Under the pieces are notes generated by a model. That model had not been told where the DNA came from and ran no database searches. It saw only the letters and a list, made by a program, of their open reading frames with translations. The position numbers and the translations under genes were made by a program. From the NCBI GenBank assembly GCA_951406725.2, contig OX597815.1, positions 130,014,001 to 130,078,000 on the forward strand: a stretch of 64,000 bases of DNA. Direction: 5' to 3'. This DNA is from Octopus vulgaris. Taxonomy: Eukaryota. Numbering within the stretch: the first letter of the stretch is position 1; each line of letters opens with the position of its first letter. Of the stretch, positions 53,731 to 64,000 are shown piece by piece.

Positions 53731-54240
53731 CCATACATACATACATACATACATACATACATACATACATACATACATACATACATACATACATACATAC
53801 ACACATACGTATAAAGTTATAAGCATCATAGATAACAAAATAAAAGTACTAATATAAGCTAGAGGGAGATATAGAATTTTCTCCACCTGTCATTCACTCG
53901 CTTCTCTTCTTTCCATTTCCATTACTCTTTCTTTCTCCTTCTCTCATCCACTTTCTCTCCCCTCTCTCCTGTTTACATATACAAGCTCACGTTGTCATGC
54001 GTTCCCCATCAGTTGCAGCTAGTTTCTCAATCACTGAAGATGTAAAATTCTGCTGTTTTCTTTATTTTCTTTGCATGGGAATATGTTTATCGTGAAGGGG
54101 GGGACTTTACTCAAAATGCCGGACTCATTCTCCACAGCAATTTCACGGTTATTTTTCTGTCTCGTTTTATTTTTTCAAATGATACAAGGTTTGCTGGTGC
54201 TGACAATCACCACTCTTCTTGGATTCGGTTTATTCTAAAT

Positions 54241-54569
54241 TAGTGGTTATCAACCGGGGTCTATATTACACTCAGGAGTCCACATAACCCTTGAAGATTT
54301 TGTTGTTAAAATTTATGCGGAGTAAAGTAGTTATACTTCTACAATACAGAAATATTTTAACATTTTTAATACAATTCCTAATAATATTTAATTATAAAGG
54401 CGCAGGAGTGGCTGTGTGGTAAGTAGCTTGTTTACCAACCACATGGTTCCGGGTTCAGTCCCACTGCGTGGCGCACCTTGGGCGCAAGTGTCTTCTACTA
54501 TAGCCTCGGGTCGACCAAAGCCTTGTGAGTGGATTTGGTCGACGGAAACTGAAAGAAGCCCGTCTCGTA

Positions 54570-54619
<50 letters not shown>

Positions 54620-54944
54620 TGTGTGTGTTTGTGTGTATGTGTTTCCCCTAGCATTGCTTGACAACCGATGCTGGTGTGTTTATGTCCCTGTTACTTAGCG
54701 GTTCGGCAAAAGAGACCGATAGAATAAGTACTGGGCTTACAAAAAGAATAAGTCCCGGGGCCGAGTTGCTCGATTAAAGGCGGTGCTCCAGCATGACCGC
54801 AGTCAAATGACTGAAACAAGTAAAAGAGTAAAAGAGAGAGTATAAAGATATAAGCATTTTAAAACATCAAATGGCTATGAGGGGCCACCCGATTAAGATT
54901 GGAATCAAAGGGGCCCATAGGTGAAAAATGGTTGAGAAATACTG
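54241..54944. mobile_element. hAT-type MITE interrupted by a SINE
   Basis: Imperfect termini tagtggttatcaacc / ggttgagaaatactg resemble the hAT cagtggttctcaacc consensus. The TSD is degenerate. Confidence 0.55.
54399..54840 (+). mobile_element. SINE family A, full length
   Basis: Complete head, internal (TA)n(TG)n and tail. tataaa flanks both ends (candidate TSD). Confidence 0.92.
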
Positions 54945-57233
54945 CTTAAATATTTATATACGTGCATTAGTTGTTTTTAACCATTCGACTATGACTTATG
55001 TGCGATTTTGGGGCAAAGTATTTATCGAAAATTGTGAGGCCTAGAATGTGTAGAGAATTTGCAGATTTCAATGATGTCATGTTCATGAATATGCACCGTC
55101 GATTTTTAACATTTTATTGGTCCGTGACTTCACAGTTCATGTCCATAGCAAATAATTTGTGTATTGCAGGTATCGATGATTTTCAAGACAAAAAACAAAC
55201 AAAAAAAAAACAACGAAAAAACAACACCAACAATCCAAAGCAACAAAAAACTAACACAAATCTTTTTGTGTTAAAAATCGATATTTAGTTTAACAATGGC
55301 GAAATCTGTGGAGTAATCTTCAGGCAACCTAAAATGTTTTGAAATAATTTAACATCCAAATGTGTCATTACATTAATGAAACATTTTCCATTTCTCTTTT
55401 TCTGAAAGTTCGGGATATTTTTGAATTGTCAAAAAAAAATATATAAATAAAATAAAGGAACTGCATTGAAGCCTGTTTATAAACTACTTTTAGGTTCAGG
55501 TCAAAATCGTTGGCCTTATGCGAGGCCTGGCTATAAATTATGTTTAAATGTGACTAAAATTAGTTGGCCTTATAACAAGTCAAACAATATTTATCTTGGG
55601 CGATAAAATTAAACCGTCACTCGATTTAATACCACCTGGGACCTTGTATGCCTTTAGCGGAACCCACTCGTTGCAAGCATTAGGGTCAGACATCAGGCTT
55701 GAGAATGCCTACATCCCTCTACACCCATCTCCTGAAGGAGTTCAAGAGTATCGCCTTCCCGTCTAACTAAAAGATTAATACACTATCTAGACATACTTTA
55801 GTGCTCGTCTGTTAAAAGAAAACTGTAAGGACAGAAAAGTAAACTCAGATAAGTCAAAACAGAATTAAAAAGAATTCCTTCATATGTAATAAACTGTATC
55901 GATTATATAAGTAACCACGACCTCAATATGGCAGTGATTCTGCTTATTGCAGTCTGATGTCCGTTTCTCTCTTAAATGAGCCATTTGACATTCATAAATT
56001 CAGTTAATTGTTCTGGTAGGCAACTATATAGATATTACTCTTTAATCGTCTTTATATCACAATAGTTGACTCCTGCCCTATATGAAACAACGGAGAAGGG
56101 AATGGATTCCCAAACAGACAGTTTGCTCTAAATTAATTCCAAACCGTTTTCTTAAAGCTAAATATAATAACATCAAAACTCCACTTGTAGACAGATTACT
56201 TTCTGTTAAGCAGCTTAACGCTCCTGATTCACTACGTTAATCCAGCTTAAGAAATCTAACCAGTTGTGTACGAATAGAGAATAATTAATTGATATGAATC
56301 TTAGCTTACCATTGATAGGGTGGTTCTTAAGCTTTTATAACTTGGTGCTAGATTTTTCTAGAGTTTATCTAGTCATTATCAATATATTTTCCCGAAATAT
56401 TCATTTTCATAGTACCGTTGGATATAGACACTGCTTGACTGTTATTCATTTCCCCCGCATTATTTATTTCCGAAATCTTCTTCCATTGCAATGCCTAACT
56501 TTCGATAATTTGTTTTTCCACTTAAAAAAGGTTGAAAACAAAATTTTCACGAAATCCGTTCCCATCATATATCGATAGATATTCGTGCTGTTTAATTTTC
56601 ATTAATTTTGAGCAAAGGCCATATTTGTAGCGCTCATTATTCGTTACACACATTAGAGTGAACGCTAGACTGGATGTCCTGTAAATTAGTGAAGACAGCT
56701 ATAAATTATTTTACTCCTACCGGGCAGTATCGAATGACCTGTTACTAATAAATCAAATAAATCAAGCACATATTACGCAGACTAGAACATTATATCTAAC
56801 AAAGATGACATACCATCCATCCAGAAGATAGTGTAAAATAGCGCGGTTTTAGTAAATCAGACTCACATATCACATTGCCATCAACAACTAGTGATCATAA
56901 ATTACTCAAAATTTCATTTTAAAGAAAGTATTAAATGCTTACTATTAGTTATTAAATGAGGAAAAGTAAAATCTTGTTGGATTTGTAACATTTTCTTCTA
57001 CCTTCCTTTACTTGTTTCAGTCATTGGACAGGGATCATATTGAGGCACAGCCTTTAAGGGTCTTAGTCGAACAAATCGGTCCCTGTACTTATTTTTCAAA
57101 AGTGCGGTACTTGTTCTAACAGTCTCTTTTCGCTGGACTAAGTTACGGAGTCTTAAGCAAACCAACAACAGTTGTCAAGTGGGTGGGGGAAAACACAGGC
57201 AAAAAGACATGCATATATATATACCTATATGTA

Positions 57234-57340
<107 letters not shown>

Positions 57341-57341
57341 A

Positions 57342-57388
<47 letters not shown>

Positions 57389-57389
57389 A

Positions 57390-57420
<31 letters not shown>

Positions 57421-58370
57421 ACATACATACATACATACATGCACACATACATACATACATACATACATACATACATACATACATACATACATACATACAT
57501 ACATACATACATACATACATACATACATACATACATACATACATACATACATGCATACATACATACACAAAGGGTTTCTGTACAGTTTCTGTTTTCCGAA
57601 TTCACTCACAATACATTTGTCGGTGCGGGGCTATAGTAGAAGACACTTGCTCCCTAGCTACCTCGCAATGGGACTTAACTAGAAATCACACACCCATGCC
57701 TGAAATCTTGATTATTCTTTGAAAATTGATGGTTATATTTCAGCATGTCATCATACCGTTGTATTATTATCCGCGATTGACTTTTGTATGTTAAAATAAC
57801 CATATAAAGACCATTTCAACTGTTTTTTAAAAATCGTATTTACAGCACTGTTCACCAATGAAGAGAAATATATAAACGAACGAAATATAGGCCGTGTATT
57901 ATTAAATGGTATTTCATAAGTATAGCTGTATAAAATCCGGAAATAACTTTACGGTCATTAGAAACTAGCCCAGCATGAATAATCAAATTGTCTCCAACAG
58001 TGTTCCCGTTGTAACAATAATCAAATTGAAGAGAACAAAGAGAATTTTGAGAACTACCTTATTTGTCATTGGCTTAATTTCAACTCCATTCCTTTCTATA
58101 ATAATTAATTTATTCTATGAAGTTTTTATGCTGTCTGGGATTAATTTGCGCCTCTTTGTTCAGTTCAGTAGTACAAAGTCATGACGAAACTCATAATTAT
58201 GTCTTCAAGTAATGAGTTCAATAATTGTAGATGTTGGGACTTGAAGCTATGCTTAATTCACTTAAATCTGTAATTTTAGCGGAAAAAAAAAGAAAAAGGC
58301 AAGAAATACATGAAATATCTACGAATAAATGCTTTTTAATAACTGAATATTTCTGTTTATATCTTAACAG

Positions 58371-58536
58371 GAATTACAGATGACGAAAGAAGCTAAGACT
58401 GTTCAACCCCATTCATCGTCTACTTCGACAGTATCCAGAGGTAGTACACGTAGCGACCAACATCCAGAAGAAACCAGCAGCATCAGTGCACGAAGTGATA
58501 CCAGTGTCGACAGCTCCGTATTTGACGCATCTTTTG
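58371..58536 (+). CDS. Host gene internal exon, Ser/Thr-rich linker; probably the same gene as 31876-32067
   Basis: Acceptor tttctgtttatatcttaacAG. Open in phase 0: ELQMTKEAKTVQPHSSSTSTVSRGSTRSDQHPEETSSISARSDTSVDSSVFDASF. Donor G|GTAAGC at 58537 (phase 1). Phase-compatible with the upstream exon. Confidence 0.7.
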
Positions 58537-59154
58537 GTAAGCAATTATTTTATAATTAAATTTTGACTACAGAGAAGATGCACGATTTTGATTCTCTTCT
58601 TCATGGTTGCCACTTCATCCAGCTTACGTCACTAATGCTATAGTAACAGCATGGGCGTAAGCTTTCCTTCTAAATTTTTTTGTACTTTGCTATATACGAA
58701 GTCATTAGGACTGTCTGGCTTCCTAAAGCTTAACGTGATATTTATGTATGTTTAAGTTTTACCATTAAGAAGAAAGAAATATATCTAAATAAGCGAAAGC
58801 AAAAACAACGGTTTGGTTATCCAAAGAAATACGATTGAAGCACATTCTGATGTTTGTTTAACTCTTTTAATATACATCTAGAATTCTTACATTTTAACGT
58901 TTAACATCAATTTACTCTGAAAATATTCCAAATCACGAACAGTTAGATTGTGGTTCGAAGAATGGATTGAATTCCAGTCATTTTCGTATGTCAACCAAAT
59001 GAAATAATCCCAAAGAAAACGTCTTTGACTTACTAGCTCAGGCTTCCTATATTAAGCTTAAAGATAACACTTATCTTCAAATTTAATCCATGTATGTATG
59101 TATGTATGTATGTATGTATGTATGTATGTATGTATGTATGTATGTATGTATGTA

Positions 59155-59191
<37 letters not shown>

Positions 59192-62100
59192 ATGTATGTA
59201 TGTATGTATGTATGTATGTATGTATGTATGTATGTATGTATCTATCTATCTATCTATCTGTGTGTATGTGTGTGTGCATATACCTGAATATATAACTCAC
59301 ACCCGCATGAAAGAGAAAGAGTAGAATAATTTGAAATATTTGGGTGGAAACTATAAGAATGTAAAGTCTTTCGATACTGTTGATGTGCAGAAAAAAAGAA
59401 GGGGACATTTTCGACAGACCGTTTGATAATCTGTTGACCTTTACTCGGAAGAGGCATACCCGATATGCTCACCAATCGAAAGCAGAGGATATTAGTCTGC
59501 TATGTAAAGGAGTCAGAACTTAAGCTATTATCCTCGTGGATGACTTAATTAACATATTTGTGCTTTTGACGGTTCGTCTTTAATTCAACAGACACATATT
59601 TATCTACACAAACCTCTCTCTCTCTCTCTCTCTCTCACTCACATACACGTACACACACATAAACACAGATACACACACGCACACACGCATATATACAAAT
59701 ACACTTGTATTAATTTGAAAATATATGTGGAAGAATTTTAAAACTGATGTAGAATTTTTATATGAGTCATGTTACTAAAGAATTGTAAAAGATTTCAAGA
59801 CACATGCGAGGGGTTTGGTAAATATCGACAGTAACTAACATCTTATGACTGGAAGAAATAGCAACAAAACAACAGGCACAAATTTTAACAAAACAAAAAA
59901 TCATTTTGGTTTCACTTCCTATAAACCGTATTCATCCTAATTACATAGTTTCTCTCCTTTCTGTGAAATTTTATTTCATCTGACAGAATTCATGATTCAC
60001 GTCTTTCGAGGCACAAATTTCCTCGCTCACAATATTCCATATGTCTTATTTTTTATGCGAAGATGTTCGTTTAATGTGCCAAAATTTATTTTAATGACAA
60101 GCTGGAACAATCAATAATCCAAAAAGGCTTCACAATATATATTCTAGTTTGCCTTGTTCTCGAACGTGTCGATCGAATAACAAGACTTGGAGAATTTCAT
60201 AAAAGCACGGGCATACATTAACTTTATTTAAAATTTCTATACTAGTAATATTATATGATGAAACATATTTGCAACAGTGCCATTGTTGCTATAGCAAAGC
60301 GTGGAGATGAACAGTCATTTTGTTACAAATCCATTAGCATGCTTCTAATCTAATTAAGGATGTCATACATTCGGATATGACAAAAGCTTTTGCAAAAAAG
60401 ATATAGAAATAAATATAGAAATAAAGTATAAAGAAAGCAAAGCTCGTTTCAGAATGTAATTTTTCTCACTAAACTATACTTGAATTGATTACGTCACCTT
60501 CATATCTATCTTACTATGGCACTTGTGGCATTGTGAACTTGTGTATTTTGAATGTGAAACGATGTAGATTTAAAGACGCTGAATAGAAATTAATATAAAA
60601 TGAAAATGTTAACATAGAGTATATAATATAATGTAATAAATTGATACAGTGAGAAGTTATAGTAAAAGAACAGCATCGATTTCTTCCCTAAACGTGGTAT
60701 ACAGCTTTTATATAGTTCATATGAAGTGCAAGACATTGGGAGCAATCTCGTTAGCTTTTTAATAATGGAATTGCTTTCCAAAAATCATTTTGCGTTTTAG
60801 AAAGATAGCACGTATATCTGTATTAATTGATATCTGTCGATACGTATATTTTCTGTTTATTACTGTTTATATAAACTTTCTGATACATCAATTTTTTAAA
60901 GGCATATTCGCAAGAAAGATTTAGTTTAGATTTCGATCTATTAGAATAACAACAACTTGAGAAGAAAGTTAATGTCCCATAATTTGAACCTTCGTAGAAG
61001 TATATAATTGAAATCCATAAACTTGATCTATCTAGCTGTAATTGAGAATTCATAGTTTCAAGGGTCGGCTTCTATTATAGCTGACAGAGTGTTTATAAAG
61101 ATAAAGAGTTTGACAGTCAAGATTTCGGTCAGAATATCTATTTTTCAAGTTTTCCTGTTTGTCTCTATGTACGAAATCAACGTAAAAATATACTTGGAAT
61201 TAACACTATCTACAAATACCTAAGAGGTTAATGGAATGTTCTTTGGCAGTGTGGATTATTTCTTCTCCGATTTCAAAACTAATATCCCCAAACCAAGTTT
61301 TGAATATATAGTAGCTGCTCTTCTCAGTTTTCGCTCTAAAATGATACCGTTTCAATAGGTTAAGCTGGAAAGGCTTAAATTCCTTTCTTCAAGTTTACTA
61401 TATTAGTGAGCATTGCAGACATTAAGGTTGGAAAATTGTCGTTTTGTACTCCATTCGTTAATAACTTTCTGTATGATATTGTTTTGAAAGAAGGAAACAG
61501 AGAAAACACTCATGCCAATACGATGGCTATATACTGCACCTTTTGGTGTAATACATGGAAAGAAAATCAAATAAAGGATTTGTATGTTGACAAAATACCA
61601 AAGCTCTAAACTTCAGCCGCCTCGCGTCAAAAATAATAAAGAAATCATCATGCTATTCTCAGTGACAAGGACATTAATACTACAAGTGAAATCTCTTCCA
61701 CTAAGAGCTGAAATAACTCAAATCACTTGTCATTTCGCAGGGTTCTCAACATAGAGAATCAACGGCTTGATTTCACAAATATATATAAGATTTCAGACCT
61801 ATAAGAGCTGACAATGACTCTGTGATGTTAATGCCTGCTTAAAGTGTATTAGTGACGTAAGTGAAGTAAAACACTTTTGTCAGGAATTGCAAGCAATGAA
61901 TTTTAACTCAATCCCACCATTAGGACCACTTTTAATTATATTTGACAAACCAGAAACTGATAACTTCCTTCATATATTTCTGAGCTGTAATAAATTTGAT
62001 ATGTGTAAACGTATTTAATCTCGATGGAAAGGGATTTCAGTGTAAAAGTTAACAAAGGCGCTTACTAAATATAAATAATCAGTCGGAGAATTGTAATTTC

Positions 62101-62524
62101 AACTTTCGTTTGACATATAGCAAGTCTGGTTTCCACTGGATTAGGTATAAACACTATACAATTCTCTCATCGAGACAATGGTGTAGGCGTATTCGCAAAC
62201 ATTGTAATAGACACGACATAATGATCAGACATATGTAAACTTGCTTAGTTTCATTATAAAAACACAAGAAAAAGACAATATTTAACATTATCAGAAATGA
62301 TGAATCTCAAACAAAAGTTGAGATAGCAATTTCCTGATCATTGATTGTGTTAAGTTTCTTTAATTTGGCGCTGTAGATAGAAATTTTGTTCGCAGTTAAA
62401 CAAATTATGTTAACCATACCGTTGTAACTTTGTCGAATATCTTTATTTTCATCCCCATCTCTAAAATAATGTGGATATGAACATTTGAATGTCAATTTTG
62501 ACTTAGTAAGTTTCAAGATACTTA

Positions 62525-63195
62525 CATTGGCTTCGCAATCGTGTAAATTCCGGTTCAGTCCCACTGAGAAGTACCTTTCGCAGATGTCTTCTACTATAAC
62601 CTGAAGGTGATCAATGCTTTCCGAAAGAATTTGCTCGACAGAATCTGTACAGAAGCCCGTATTGTATGACTATGAGTATGTGTGTCCGGTTTATGTTTAT
62701 CTCGCACCGCTTGACAATTAGTTTTGGCTTGTTTATGTCCTCGGAATTTAACAGTTCGGTCAAACAGACCGATAAAATAAGTACCAGACTTTAAGAAAAT
62801 GTACTAAAGTTATTTTGTTGTGTCTGGGTAGAGTCATTCTGTTTTAGTGTCTTATTATTTAACATACTCACCGGTAAAGTTTCCACTCATTTACTTATTT
62901 ATTTTCCCTAAAATTTTCGTTGCGTCTTGAAAAAGTTGCAAAATGCAACGAAAATTTTGGGAAAAATACATAATTAAATGAGTGGAAACTTTACCGGTGA
63001 GTGTGTTAAATAATAAGGCACTAAAAGAGAATGACTCTCTCCTGACGCAATAAAATATGCTTCAATACACAAACTCACATAAAGAATCTTGCAAACCAAA
63101 TCCACAAACGTACTACAGTTAATTTGATTGACTAAATCTTCCAAAGCCATGCATCAGCATAGCTGCACTTCAATGACAGAAGCAAATAAAGAGAA
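62525..63195 (+). mobile_element. Old SINE family A copy carrying a palindromic insert
   Basis: ccggttcagtcccactg..gtcttctactata..gcttgacaa..gaccgataaaataagtacc. The tail resumes after 63121. Confidence 0.7.
62813..63109. mobile_element. Second copy of the same fold-back family, with a 12-bp TSD
   Basis: Homologous to 5190-5360. Short inverted arm plus long arm. TSD gtactaaagtta (62801-12) / gtactacagtta (63110-21). Confidence 0.8.
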
Positions 63196-63425
63196 AAAGA
63201 ATATATTTTCAAATCTATAAAAGCAAAGAATAAGCGGATTGTATTTAACTGAAGGTATTTTCTTCCCAATAAGAGACGTTTGGATTTGATGCATTTCAGA
63301 AAATAACCCACTTATAAATTGTTGTAATAATATAATAACAAGTAGTTCAATCATGTTTACTTACTAAGCAGAAAGCACATTTTTAGAATATCTTTTTATC
63401 AACTTATGAATTGGCAATTTTGCAG

Positions 63426-63464
63426 GTTCGTAACCAGTATGAGACAGCTGAAGCCTCTGCTTCG
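63426..63464 (+). CDS. Possible 39-nt micro-exon (VRNQYETAEASAS)
   Basis: ttttgcAG acceptor and TCG|GTAGGA donor, open in phase 0. It is not phase-compatible with the phase-1 end of the 58371 exon unless another exon intervenes. Confidence 0.25.
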
Positions 63465-64000
63465 GTAGGAGCGTGTAATTCTAAATTTACGCCATTAAAA
63501 TCTTAAAATTTATCGGTTTCTCAATGATAAACTCCAGCATACAGGGGTTACATTCTTAGAACATTTTGGGGACCCAATAAATTTTAATTACGTTCTTCGA
63601 AAGCGTTGGAAGCTCAATATATTTCATGTTACCAGTGCGAAACTTTTCTACCAAGGCGGTTGATTCGGTTGCTAACTACTGACTATAGCTCCCCTTGCAT
63701 ACAAGTTGAGAAATACACAAGTCATTGAGTGATGAATTGAAATCTCAGCTTACACTAACTTACTTAGATTCGCCATACAATAAACGCATCAACTATAATT
63801 AATCCCACACAAAAATTCAGAGATTAAATTATACAGCAAACTGTTTGACTTCTTTACCACATCCTACTCCCTCGGTATTTACATGCTAAACCCGGTAGTT
63901 TACATACTAAAATCGTGCTTAAAGAGCATACGTAATCTTATATGTTAGCTGAAATTATGATCAGCGACTTTGATACTATGTGAATCAAATCATTCTCCTT

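Noticed and set aside
61406-61860. Candidate exons to bridge 58536 and 63426
   Set aside because: The acceptors at 61740 and about 61796 give immediate stops in the required phase.

Overview
Eukaryotic, AT-rich, microsatellite-saturated genomic DNA. The repeat families and composition point to a coleoid cephalopod, most likely Octopus (inference). Most ORFs in the supplied track are artefacts of simple repeats. The window is largely intron of one + strand host gene: an N-terminal transmembrane exon at 31876-32067 and a Ser/Thr-rich exon at 58371-58536, giving a synaptotagmin-like topology with identity unproven. It is packed with mobile DNA: two R4/Dong-type RLE LINE families, one sitting in (TAA)n and one in (CATA)n arrays; a CR1-like LINE; Penelope-like elements; two mariner derivatives; a non-autonomous Helitron carrying a LINE-ORF1-like fragment; a Gypsy gag/protease relic; and at least three tRNA-derived SINE families. 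The most striking signal is about a dozen minimal type-I hammerhead-ribozyme folds in short, often fold-back, non-coding Penelope-type repeats. Several show compensatory U3-A8 or G3-C8 substitutions of the catalytic-core C3-G8 pair. They preferentially sit in (TA)n tracts, including the tract built into a common SINE. All calls were made by eye, and element boundaries are approximate unless TIRs or TSDs are quoted.
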